64,000 bases of DNA from Tubulanus polymorphus (lineage: Eukaryota; Animalia; Nemertea): assembly GCF_964204645.1 (NCBI RefSeq), contig NC_134036.1, positions 1,984,001-2,048,000 of the forward strand. The letters are read 5' to 3'. The position numbers and the translations under genes are program-made. Position 1 is the first letter of the stretch; every line of letters begins with the position of its first letter. Positions 11,901-23,218 of this stretch are shown here, in pieces. The notes beneath the pieces are model-generated. The model was not told the DNA's origin and searched no databases. It saw nothing but the letters and a program-made list of their open reading frames with translations.

Positions 11901-13981
11901 ATATGAATATTTTAAGAGTAATAGGGATAATAGGCTTTCAGGTTAAAGGTTGAAAGGTTGAGAAATTTTCCAAATGTGAAAATAACAATAATTTCTACTT
12001 CTTCAACCTTTCAACCTTTAACCTGAAAGCCTATTATCCCTATTACTAATATATACAGTTGACTTCGTTCAAGTCATCATAGCGAGGACGTTAACGATTT
12101 ATTGAAATGTCCACCCAGTCCTGGCAGTGTGGCTGTCTCTTCAGGCACTGCAGCTCGTCCTGATAAACTGATTTGTGCCATGTGTGCTTGCCATGGCGGA
12201 GATAAGGCTATCTATGATGATCTGAAAAACTTTGCCGGGACAGGTTCATGTAAATTTATCCTCAAAATGCTTATCACGTGACCATCTGAGCCGTTGCAGT
12301 TGTCAGTAATCGTAACCGACATTAAGCAGGGAAGCAACTAGGAGGATCGAGGACCTCAGTTGCTGCGAATCGGAGCGCAGTCGACATAAGCTGGGCTGCG
12401 ATCGCGGTTGCTCTCAGTTGCGTCGGAAGGCGTCGCGTTGCTTGTCGACAGCCAGCCTTAAACGATTTATTGAAATGACGACTTGAAATTGAATTGTAAA
12501 TTATTAAAATTGTGACTCAAAAATAGCGACAACTGCAACGATTCGATGACTTACTAATTTAGAAAGGGATCAGCTATCTTCAATTCTGATACCTTGGAAT
12601 CTTATTTTCAGTCACAGTCGTTACGAGTTTGACTTGTGCCAGTTGTGCGCACTATCGTGATGGTGATAAGGCTATCTATGATGATATGAAAAACTTTGCC
12701 GATAAACGTAAGTTTATTCTTTATTAAGTAAATCGCAATTCAAGGCCAAGGATGAGGCCTGTTTAATGTTATCAGTTATTGATTCACATCACCAAGCGAA
12801 ACGTTAACTTTCCTGGAGGAATTTACTGTAGACCGTAATAATTGGAGGTGCCTTGTACATCACATCGTGACGCAGCGGCGTTGGCGATGTCATAGATAAA
12901 GAAGAAGAACCTCTTTTCATTCCACATCGATGGTTGGATTTATAGCTTTGAAATTCACACGCAACCCTACTCTAGTTATAATAATGATCGCGTGATGGCA
13001 GGGATCCTGTGTCAGAGAACGCCCCCTAGTGCCACCTCCACGAGATCCGAACTATCACGCGGGACCACGCCATTGCCACGAGACCGCATCCAGTGGTCAT
13101 ACTCCCTTACAGAACACGACCATCACGAGACTCAACCATCACTAGTCCCCAGCATGAGCCCCCTCCTACTCCCCAGCACGAGTCCCCTACTAGTCCCCCT
13201 GCACGGGTCTAACAACTTTATTTCACTTAACTTCAGTTGGAATGCTTGATCCGAATACCGCAAACGGAACTGGTAAACTGCCTTATTTCATCATGGAATG
13301 CATGCGCCGTGTATTGGTTATCAAGGGTGACAATGGACCATTGGTACGCGTTGATGAAGATTATCAGTTCTACCTGAAAAACATTATCGGTATCGATTGC
13401 CCCGAAAAACACGTATGCGTGGTAAGTGTAGGACCAAACACAAGGGGCTCTCTCTCTCTCCCTCTCCCTCTCCCTCTCCTGGCTCTCCCTCTCCTTCTCC
13501 CTCTCCTGGCTCTCCCTCTCCCTCTCCTGGCTCTCCCTCTCCCTATATCGGGACGTATTTTAAATCTCCATCGCAGACCGTTTTCATTATTTCCTCGACC
13601 TCAGGTACGATCATACTGAATTAAGTTTTCGCGACGGCACCGCCTGTGGCATGTGAGACTGTGTGTTTTCAGAATACTCCATATCCCAACTGGAAAAATC
13701 ATCCATGCTTTTAGATGAAAACATATAGCTGACATTCGTTGGTTTTGGCTAATTTGTATTTTTTCGTTCTTATTCAGGAATTCAAGTACAAAAAAGTGGC
13801 GGTTATTCGAGGTTGTATGCCTGAGAATCCTGATAAATGTCAAGGCGAGTGGTCGATAAATGGCAAAGACACGATCAATGTGCTGTGCTGTAACGAAGAC
13901 AAAATGTGCAACAGTGCTGCCATCTACAGGATGAACATGATGATTTACTCTGCGGTTTTTCTGTTATTCCGTTTTGGATGA
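8958..13981 (+). CDS. Ly6/uPAR three-finger (quiver-like) GPI-anchored protein, copy 3
   Basis: Exons 8958-9015, 12612-12707 (alternative exon 2 at 12145-12249), 13237-13421, 13778-13981 splice in frame. Same signal peptide, 10-Cys pattern and hydrophobic tail as copy 2. Intron 1 is expanded by a 3-kb insertion. Confidence 0.82.
9421..9603 (+). CDS. Small C2H2-like zinc-finger protein (element cargo; TTG start, true start uncertain)
   Basis: CNCGKYYTRRNKSHHLKSKYH motif. Confidence 0.5.
   Translation: MYIFSYKDVGIQCNLDDEIVAPKYNPNESVLCNCGKYYTRRNKSHHLKSKYHNSKIIIQL
9662..9859 (+). CDS. Small membrane protein (element cargo)
   Basis: ATG start, single hydrophobic stretch YLVAGGLILAALYFYY, basic tail. 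Confidence 0.5.
   Translation: MDDFSITTGKSDLKHYLVAGGLILAALYFYYENISKDLMNENNKLSKKLKKLNGNNHRKNNNKKS
9911..10225 (+). CDS. Hydrophobic segment plus C-terminal C2H2 zinc-finger protein (element cargo)
   Basis: CEVCNKRYKSLKSLKTHKYIH is a canonical C2H2 motif; hydrophobic IIMLTGLFSFSIYSI; likely ATG at 9923. Confidence 0.55.
   Translation: MTIKMSENILNLLHLIYKNQKNIKSIIMLTGLFSFSIYSIKHLLEFYDCCKIRYTELKENINYLSDRINNIKCCEVCNKRYKSLKSLKTHKYIHELNDKLYNSN
10264..10963 (+). pseudogene. HNH endonuclease with N-terminal CxxC...CxxC domain, split by a frameshift near 10640
   Basis: ORF 10264-10656 (KKCSKCK...CKTC, basic helix) overlaps ORF 10640-10963 (FHIDHVLPISKF...NWKNLRPLEKKENMIKHNK = HNH core). Architecture typical of large-DNA-virus HNH proteins. 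Confidence 0.7.
11540..11720. repeat. 91-bp tandem duplication inside the Polinton-like element
   Basis: ACTCGTTAATTACTCGTTACTTTTAAACATAAAAT...GAATTATTTC occurs twice. Confidence 0.85.
12145..12249 (+). other. Duplicated exon 2 (2a) of Ly6 copy 3
   Basis: TTCAG acceptor, open frame TAARPDKLICAMCACHGGDKAIYDDLKNFAG, phase-compatible GT donors at 12244 or 12250. Confidence 0.65.
12283..12548. mobile_element. Short TIR element (MITE-like)
   Basis: CGTTGCAGTTGTC near the left end is inverted as GACAACTGCAACG near the right end. Confidence 0.45.
13448..13543. repeat. (CTCCCT)n pyrimidine repeat in intron 3 of Ly6 copy 3
   Basis: Directly visible; produces spurious LP/SP-rich ORF extensions. Confidence 0.9.
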
Positions 13982-15796
13982 TTCTTTTAAATTCGACTCG
14001 CACGCCACCTACCGGAGATTATATCTCATATTTCTGAATTATATCTCACTTTAAACGAATGATTTAATTAATATTTCAAACCAAATGCGGATTTTAGACG
14101 ATTCGTGTTTTTTTCATCTTAATACTAATATGATTGAATTAATGATCTGATTCATATTTTTTAGAAGATTTTTTTCTCATTTTAGGACTAAAATTGATTT
14201 CTTTACTTAAGGATGAATACAATGATTTACTCCGCGGTTTCTCTGCTTTTCTCTTATTTCATTTTGTTTAAACAATCGATTCTGTTAATTCGACTCACAC
14301 GCCCCCTACCGGAATTTGAAACATGTTTTGCTTTTTAGGCTTAGTTTTAAACGAATGATTAAATTAATGATCGGATTTATATTTTGGAAGATTGTTTTTC
14401 ATCTTAGAAGTAAATATTGATTGCTTTAGATTCTGTTCCGATTCGAGTTTCATATTAGATACTTATTATATACACGGCAAAGAATGTCATTCTAGAAATA
14501 TTCAATGAATTTGTTTTCATAGAAATTTACGAATTTATAATCATCCATAGTGCTAAATATTGATTGCTTTAGATTCTGTTCTGATTCGAGTTTCACATTA
14601 GATTCTTACGTACACGGCAAAGAATGCCATTCTAGAAATATCGAACGAATTCGTTCTGACTGACGGTTCAAATCTGTTGAGTATTTTCTTTTTCAGTTAT
14701 CAAAAGTAACTCAGCCCGAGTTGGGTTTGTTACAGATTACATTTTCGTTTATTTCATAGGGTAAAAATTCCGATTCGAATTCAATCAAATATGATTTTGT
14801 TTCGCAAATTTAATTTATGTTGACATGTTTGATTTTTGTTTAATTCAGTTTTGCATATGTTCAGATATCAATAGATTTACACATTGTTGCAGGCATTTTA
14901 TTTAATATCTCTCTATATTTAATATTGCACGTAGTGTTAATCTTGTAATTGTCTTAATTTTTGAATTTGTTCTGACAATCTGTTTGTTGAAGTACAAGTA
15001 CAACATTTTAAATCTGTTTACAAATATCAAAAGTGAATCAGCTCGCAATGTGTTTGCGATAGATCAAATTGTCGTTTATTCTGTATGCGTTAAAATTCTG
15101 ATTCTAATTCAATTAATTAGAGTCTGTTAATGTTTTATATATTCAAACTCGTTAAAAGAAAATTATGATTCATTCTTTGGGATTTTACATAGATATTTCA
15201 ACACATTCAAACATGTTTGACTTGCTCATTTCGATTTTTGTTTAATTCAGTTTTGCATATGCTCAGATATCAATAGATTTACACACATTATTGTTATAAG
15301 CTCTTTATTTCATATCTCTTTCATTTCAATGTAAAATTATATCTTGATTATTGATTTATTTTGTGTTAAGAGATTCAAATAATTAAATTTCTAAAACAAA
15401 TTTTTGAGGATTTGAGTTTTATTTTGAATGTGTTTATTCATCAATCTTGTAATCGTCTCAATTCTATTGATTCAGATTAATATCTTACATTCAAATGAAT
15501 CAATTTCTAATTCAGATTTTTTTCATATTCACGTGATAGGGTAAAAATAATTGCTTAATTAAATGCATGAGAATTATTTCAGTTTTTGTTTTATTTCTTT
15601 TGGTTGATTTTGTTCTAACCTTGACCTTCCTGTATGAAACTCCTCCAACACAATTCTCCATCAATCATCCTGGATGTATTTCTAACCCGAGTGCTGCAAA
15701 TTATCAACCCGACCCAATCCGAAGAAGGCGTCCCGTAAATATAGCACCTGTAGTTATGAAATCCTCCACGATAGAAATTATAGAAAGCAGAAGTAA

Positions 15797-16133
15797 ATTG
15801 TATTTGGTACCTCCTGAAGATTGTGTTTGGTACCTCCTGACGATTGTGTTTGGTACCTCCTGATGATTGTGTTTGGTACCTCCTGAAGATTGTGTTTGGT
15901 GCCTCCAGAGGATTGTGTTTGGTACCTCCTGAGGATTGTATTTGGCGCCTCCTGATGATTGTATTTGGCGCCTCCTGAGGATTGTGTTTGGTACCTTCTG
16001 AGGATTGTATTTGGTGACTCCAGAGGATTGTGTTTGGTGCCTCCAGAGGATTGTGTTTGGTACCTCCTTATGATTGTGTTTGGTACCTCCTGAGGATTGT
16101 GTTTGGCGCCTCCTGAGGATTGTGTTCGGTGCC
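15797..16133. repeat. 23-bp minisatellite, about 15 units
   Basis: GAGGATTGTGTTTGGTACCTCCT tandem units. Confidence 0.92.
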
Positions 16134-16644
16134 GAAATTGAAATAGTTTTCTTCCAAAAGTCGACCGCACATAACACGGGGTTCGAACCGTATCTCCGTT
16201 CACAATGGTCAAACAGTTTATAACTGGGCGTTGTATAATCTGTAATCATGTTCGGTGACATTGAATATTTCCGAATGAAGCGATTTTCAAGGTCATCGAC
16301 ACTCCGCTATATTTGTCAAAATTATTTCATTTATGAAAACTCATCTAAAAAGAACTCATTTTGCGTTTTTCTAGGCACCGCTTCGATATTAGTTAATGTT
16401 GGAGGATATTGTAAGGACGCTATACCCGGATACTCGTGTTGTAGTACGGACGAAGGATTTCTCTGCTGGGACTTGTCTGTTGTCTGTTGTCAATGTAGGA
16501 CATTATTTTCGTTTTCCTATGTGTGTGTGTAAGTTATAAGTTTGTTGTCACTCTTACATTAAACCTAATATCCATAGATTATAATGTTTCTTTCAATTCA
16601 GAATTAGGACGTTTCATGTATTCAATCGACGTTGCTTTTTCCAG

Positions 16645-17295
16645 ATCAGCGATTCCTTACTTTCTCATCATCTGGATCTGTTTGCTGCCGATACCCGGAG
16701 GTTGACTAGACCTACACTGATTCATTCGACACCTTGTTAGATATTCCATGATGCTCTACACTGAAATAAATTTCGGGTGAGCGAAGCGGTTTAATATCGG
16801 GTACCTTAATAGAATGTATATGTTTTGTGTTAAATCAACAGTTCTAATGTTGATTTTTGCGTTACATTTTCAGATGCAGCCTTTCCTACACGTGATCTGA
16901 TTGCTGCCGATACCTGGAGGTTGACGAAACTAAAACTGATTCCAGACCTTTCTAGATAATCGATGATGCTCTACGCTGGAATATATTTGTGGCAAGCGAG
17001 TAGATTTGTTGTAAAAAGTTTATTACTGGGTTATGGATTGTACGTGTATTGCGTTTAATCAGCAGGTCTATTTTCTAGTTGATTTTTACGTTTCATTTTT
17101 CAGATTCAGCCCTTCTTCCTCAAGACCCGATTGCTAACATACATCATTGCGTACTGACTATATCAAAAAGATAAATAGTGGACATTAGACCAACCTGGTC
17201 CGATATTGGCGACTTCAGGGAGTGAGTACTGTTAGCTTGGATATTTCATCTCCCAAGGGAAATGTACCTGTAATGAAACTCGATTCCTGAATTTG
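16645..17295 (+). other. Putative non-coding 5' exons upstream of gene A (16645-16776, 16874-16991, 17104-17295)
   Basis: Pyrimidine-rich CAG acceptors; GTGAGC/GCAAGC/GTGAGT donors. Exons are related to each other; all three frames of the first are closed. Homologs lie upstream of B, D and F. Confidence 0.5.
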
Positions 17296-17905
17296 GTGAG
17301 TAGACATTTCAATGTTTGTTTTATACGGAACTTAGGTTAGTTGGGGTTCAAGTTTATTCAAACGGATAGAACCTCGTTACAACAAACACAGATACAGTAG
17401 ACTCTTAACTGGAAGTTAATTTCTGACCAGTGACTTGGTTCAGTCGATACTTCGAGTTTGATAAACTGAATTCATCATATTGTATTGTTGCAAAAAATGT
17501 GTCCAAGTTTAAGATGTTGATTCAGCTTAAAAAGATTTTAGTTAAAGAGGAGTTCTAATGTAAAAAAAAACAATTTATTGGATGAAGAAAACTATTGATT
17601 TATTCCATAAACTTGATTATGAAATGTAAAGCATGCAGACCGTGTCTTGTAACCGGTTCAACCGTTCGAGACATTTATACATTAATGTTCCATAGTTCAA
17701 TCACAAACTCTCAATCGCGCACTTGACTCTTGACATTTATAAGTCATATTTGCAAGAAACATTCTTAGATATTAGAAAGATGATCCACAATGTTAATTCA
17801 TCACTTGACGCTTGTCTTATTTAAATTTGATTCATCAAATGTCTCCCGTTCTTCACCGCGGCGTCTGCGTCCAAAGTTTCCATCGTGACTTGAATTTATC
17901 TTCTG

Positions 17906-18034
17906 GTCTCAGTTTCACAAAAAAGTTAAACTCAAATTTTTGGTGTAATTGCTATTGGTTACTTCATGTTTTGAAAGAGGACAACAATTCAAACTTAACC
18001 GTTTTAGGCTTAAACTTTTTCGTGAAACTGGGCC
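17906..18034. mobile_element. Harbinger-like MITE
   Basis: Imperfect TIRs CAGTTTCACAAAAAAGTT / AACTTTTTCGTGAAACTG; CTG flanks on both sides. Confidence 0.6.
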
Positions 18035-18814
18035 CTGGGGAAAATTGAAAGCGAGTTTCAAACGCGTTTAAAGCGTTCCGTTTACATCTAAACTAAACGG
18101 GATTCGAACCCCACTGTCAGAAACCTTCACGGCCATCAACCCGCCTGATGGCTCAGAGCCCGACTGTATGATTTGGAACAGGAAAGTACGGGTCATACGG
18201 ATGTCAGTTGATGGTTTTCTTGGCCTGAGTTTGGCGACTTCTTGGAGTGGCTCCGCCGAGGCGTTCAGATACTAGTCCAAGTTCGTATGGACATATCGGT
18301 AGTTAGGAAGGGGGCTCGAAACTTCAGACGACATTTCAAATGGGCACGGTGTACTTGGAACTCTTGTTATCAATTCCATTTGTGTCTGTTCAAAGTATTT
18401 CGACAAACAAAGTGCGTCAAGAGATCCGAGAAAGGGGTCAAAACACCGATTAGATTCAGACCTTGGACATATCACTTCACCAAGAACCTTAGTGTCTGAT
18501 GTACCACAGACACTAAGATGCGAACGAGATTTTCTCAATACTTTTAAATCACTGGTTGAACATATCACATGACTGTTCTTAAGAAATACCTGAGCTGATC
18601 ACTGACATTATCTAGTTCATAGAGAAACCATTTTATATGTGTCTATAATATTTATCAGAGACATTAAACTGTGTTACTAAATCTGATAATCGGGTTCGTA
18701 ATTCAAAATACCGGTCACCGCGATTAGAATCAGACCTTGGGACTAATATCACCTGACTGTTCTACGCCCAAACCGCATTCAGTTCATTGCTGGTGTTAAT
18801 TACTGACGGTCAAC

Positions 18815-20797
18815 ATGGCTACAAGTTATCCGGATCGTTTCGAGATTTCCGTACCTTTCAAAGGACGTCGCGTTACCGTTTGGTCCGATCAGGATAATGA
18901 GTACAGAACGATACAAAATTACTTTTATCAGCCGCTGTTTAAATTGGAATCTGATCGAATAATTGCGGATGGAAATGTATTACAACTTGATATAACTCTG
19001 TGGTGTGAAGAATTAGAGGCTGCTATTGAACAAAAACTAAAAACCATCTATACAGGTCACGTAATAGCGGTGCAGATGATGCCGTTTGATGAGGTAAGAA
19101 TCTGTAATTCTCATCTTCAGTTTCATCATCACCCGCGTGTATATACTAGACGGGTGACCACTGCGAGGTGAGAGTCAAATAAAAAAAATCGTTTTATATT
19201 TCAGGTGAAATTAGAATGGAGAGATGCGCCCTCTGGTGTGGAGATACCGAATCATCCGATCCCGTTCAATCATCAACCTCAGAATCACGTGTTTATCGTT
19301 AAATGTGAAAATGAAGAAATGTGTGAAATTTACAAATCGCGACTTCAACAATCTCCGCAATCAATAGGTTCGGGTCTTGTGATCGGTGCTAGTCGTCACG
19401 GAAACGAATACGTGTTTAGAGTGAACACTGTACCGATCAGTGAAGCGCGAACAGTTCAACCAGACATTGATCAACGTCATCATTCCCTAATTGACAATGT
19501 CAAACTGTTTCATGATAATTTAGAAAATCAATTCTCTCAATTGAAGCAGACTATAGACACAGTTGAAGAGAGGCTGAACCGGTGCTGTACTGAACAACAA
19601 CTTGAAGAGAGGCTGAACCGGTGCTGTACTGAACAACAACTTGAAGAGAGGCTGAACCGGTGCTGTACTGAACAACAACTTGAAGAGAGGCTGAACCGGT
19701 TCTGTACTGAGCAACACCTTGAAGAGAGGCTGAACCGGTGCTGTACTGAACAACAACTTGAAGCATTAGAAGTTAAACTGAACAACGCTATCGATGACGT
19801 CACAGGGAGAACTATCAGTGATGTCATAGGGAGAATGGATAAAATGGAGAGATCTACTTATGACGTCATAGGAAGAGTGGATGAAGTGGAGAGTTTCATT
19901 GGTGTCGTCATTGATTCATTAACGATCAGTAAACAGGTTCAGACAGACTTCAGACCCAGTCTAGTGACGTCATTACCTGGTGAGCAGACGGGTCAACAGT
20001 CACGTATAATATGTGCGGACCTCTGGGGGTCCAGTGATATATATTACATGGATGATAATGATGTAATGAAGAGATATATAGAGTGTGTTGATGGTGATTA
20101 TGTACTAGGACTCTATACTGATAGTAACGGTCACCTGTTTGTAGTCGTGGAGAAAAACATGAAACTCTTCCTGAGAAAATATAAAGATCAGGACAAAGTG
20201 TTAGAGGAAGATGTCAGTGATATCGTGTCTATATGTGAAACACTAGTCATTCGCGGTAACAATATTTACATCCATTTAGATAGAGACGTTCGTGTTTTAC
20301 GTCTATTAGAAAACCCTGTAAACAGTTTAATTGATAGAAACCGTGTGAAAAAATATCAGCTCCCGGATGGAGAGTACGAATATAACAAATGTTTAGATGC
20401 CGACACGCGGGGACGCATGTTTGTATACTGTAATAGATCGGGAAGATTACTCTATCTAACAGCTGATGCGGAATTGATCAGTTTTATCAATGTGGAAGAT
20501 TCCGGACTAACATTTGATCCACTTGCGGGGTCCCCGTGTATAATCAATGATAAACATGTATTATTATCGGTAAACTCTAGGACTGGTAACAAAGGAGCCG
20601 TGATTAGTATGAGATATAATGATGAGGGGTTTATAGATCACCCGCGTATAGTATTGAACTCTACTGACAGAGCGACATATGAGATACACAAAATATGTGA
20701 CAGTAAGACTGTAGTTATCCGTCACTGGGATAACAGTTATAAAATGGACTCACTGCGAGTTTATAATATAAACACTGTACTCACTCGTACAAAATAG
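18815..20797 (+). CDS. Array gene A: N-terminal domain + 13-aa repeat stalk (5x) + predicted beta-propeller, 623 aa
   Basis: Exons 18815-19093 (GAG|GTAAGA) and 19205-20797 (TTTCAG|GTG), phase 0, open. NHL-like blade motifs (GLYTDSNGHLFV, LDADTRGRMFV). Confidence 0.88.
19565..19759 (+). repeat. Coding 39-bp VNTR (EERLNR[C/F]CTEQQL) x5
   Basis: Tandem units within gene A exon 2. Confidence 0.95.
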
Positions 20798-21068
20798 AAA
20801 TTCGGTTTTAATCAAACATGATATAACACGTTTCATCAAGGATTAAATCCATAGATAGTTGAAATATGTGAATTTCTTAAAAGTTAAAGAATGTATCTTT
20901 TTAGGACCTGTTTATGGAATGAGACTCTCATTCATTCTATTACGTTATATATCATAACAGAAAAAAAAGACTAAAAGTTAAGAAGAAAGAATTTGACGAA
21001 AAAAGTAATTTCTATTAGAATTATTGTGAGAATGTAATCAATTATGATTGTATCGCAAAAGAAAACAA

Positions 21069-22375
21069 TAGCGAAGTTTCCAGTTACCAGGGGCCATTTT
21101 GAGGCGGTCCCGCGGGTCCCGCATCGTTGGAAAGATTTAAACATTTTTTAAACTAAAACTTCTAGCGCGATTCATTGTAGTCCATTCGTCTTTTGGCACA
21201 AAAATTAAAGTCATGAATCGTTAAAAAGGTGACCATTTCTATTTTCTGATGGTGTTTATTATATTTTTCTCGACTGCAACAATCGAACACAGTTACAGTT
21301 TAAAAAAGATACGTCACTTTAAGGAAGGCGTACTTCTAAAAAAATTGGTAATTTTGTGTTATTGACTGTCACTTTTCCATGTTAAGATCTAGAATTTTTC
21401 ATTGAAGATAGAGTTTTATCTGAGGATTTTGTTGATACTACATTCGTAAAAATATCTTCATAGAAACGCGCGTGGCCATCGGTTGAGTCAAGAGCAAAGC
21501 GCGCACGAGTGGTTGACCGTCGATTTTCTGCATACCCGTTCTAAGCCAATTTCATGGAAATTTTAAAGTTTTTTTTAATTTAAATCATCGTTTGATTGTT
21601 TCCATGTTGAATTGAGGGTATTTGGTGTCTCCCCAGCATAATTAGATTTGAAACGATGCTTGATGTTTACAACGACCGCTTGTTTTTATTGAAAGACTGC
21701 ATCTTTGTGTCGTGTCACCTAGAAGCCGATCCTCTATTCGATCGACACTGCGCTCGGTCCCATGTTTAACGTTCGACGATTGAACATTCTAGGTCAGATA
21801 AGACAAGTTTCTTGAAATTTTTTCCTAATGCAAAGTATCTGATTTTAATCTATAAAAATATTTAGTATCTAGAAAATTGCCATGAAAATAGCGCAATACG
21901 CGCATGCAGAAACTCGACGGTCATCCACTCGTGCGCGCTTTGCTATTGACTCAACCGGTGGCCACGCGCGTTTCTATGAACATATTTTTACGAATGCAGT
22001 GTCAACAAAATCCTGAGATAAAACTCTATCTTCAATGAAAAATTCTACATTGTATCTCTTAACATGAAAAAGTTACAGTCAATAACACAAAATTACCAAT
22101 TTTTTGAGAAGTACGCCTTCCTTAAAGTGACGTATCTTTTTTAAACTGTAACTGTGTTCGATTGTTGCAGTCGAGAAAAATGAATTAAACACCATCAGAA
22201 AATAGAAATTGTCACCTTTTTAACGATTCATGACTTTAATTTTTGTGCTAAAAGAGTGGTGGACTACAATGAATCGCGCTTAAAGTTTTAGTTGAAAAAA
22301 TGTTAAAATCTGTCCAATCATGCGGGACCCGCGGGACCGCCTCAAAATGGCGCCTGGTCACTGGAAACTTCCCTA
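21069..22375. mobile_element. Non-autonomous foldback DNA transposon, ~460-bp TIRs, TAG...CTA ends (Academ-like termini)
   Basis: 21069-21535 is the inverted match of 21902-22375; no ORF; no clear TSD. Confidence 0.8.
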
Positions 22376-23218
22376 TTTGAAAAAAATATTAATTATAATT
22401 GGAATTATTTTAATAATGTATTTAATTACGATCTAATATTGTAAAAAGAAAATATAACAGAAATAAATATCATTATCATTATCCAGTTTTAAATTCCACT
22501 ATAGTCAAATTTGTCTCAGGTTTTCATATCATCCTGGATCATTCTGAGGACAGTTGTACAGTCATTGCTTAGAATTTTAGATCGTTTCTATAACCAATCT
22601 AACGAATCGCCCTGCAATACAGGACTGAGGGACCATGAGACCGTCCTATTATACCTGAGAGGAGATCAAATAATTAATGAAGGAAGCGGACTTATAGACC
22701 GTCCACTTAAAAGTACCAGACGAATGATGAGTTGAGCGAAGGATTGCGAAGGGTTGTCGCATCGTTTAAGGATTTATTGCAACAATTCACGATCGAATAG
22801 TTTTGAAGATTAGTTTTTCTTGAATTTTAAATTCAATCGGATGCAATTAATCTTTAAGAAATTCATCATCAAACAATGACAGAATTATTCGTTTGCATTT
22901 TCGAAAATAAAATATAATTTACTTTTTGTGAATCTCAAATGAGAGCCCAATATCGATTTTATTAGTTAGTCATGTTCTACAGTCGTTACGCTGACTTGAT
23001 CGCTTCATTTTGTAAATAGACCTATATTTCAAAGTCCTGATCGGTCAAAGTCGATTAAACCGGGTTACAGCGTATAGAATATCTAATGACGGTTATAACT
23101 ATTTCACGTAATGGCTAATGTTATAAAATGTACGCTTCCTGGTTCGGAGACTGTGGTTACTACAAAGGGTGGTTCTAAAAACCGCAATAGATGTCGCCTT
23201 CGCTTAATTTTCACTTGT

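Larger units (their letters stand above)
9092..12047. mobile_element. Non-autonomous Polinton/Maverick-like element with hairpin-capped TIRs
   Basis: Ends AGTAATAGGGATAATAGGCTTTCAGG...CCTGAAAGCCTATTATCCCTATTACT; 6-bp TSD AATATA (9086-91, 12048-53); TIRs ~9092-9426 / 11763-12047. Absent from intron 1 of the paralogs. Compact intronless AT-rich ORFs inside. Confidence 0.75.

Noticed and set aside
15704-16261. Minus-strand 185-aa and 144-aa ORFs
   Set aside because: Translations of the 23-bp minisatellite.
19094-19204. Reading the 113-118-aa and 500-650-aa ORFs as separate genes
   Set aside because: A conserved phase-0 GT-AG intron joins them in all six copies; the large ORFs begin at the acceptor (GTG), not at an ATG.
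22511-22735. 74-aa ORF repeated in three units
   Set aside because: TTG start and no motifs; conservation reflects recent duplication, and the older homologous spacer near 30760-30890 is heavily diverged with indels.
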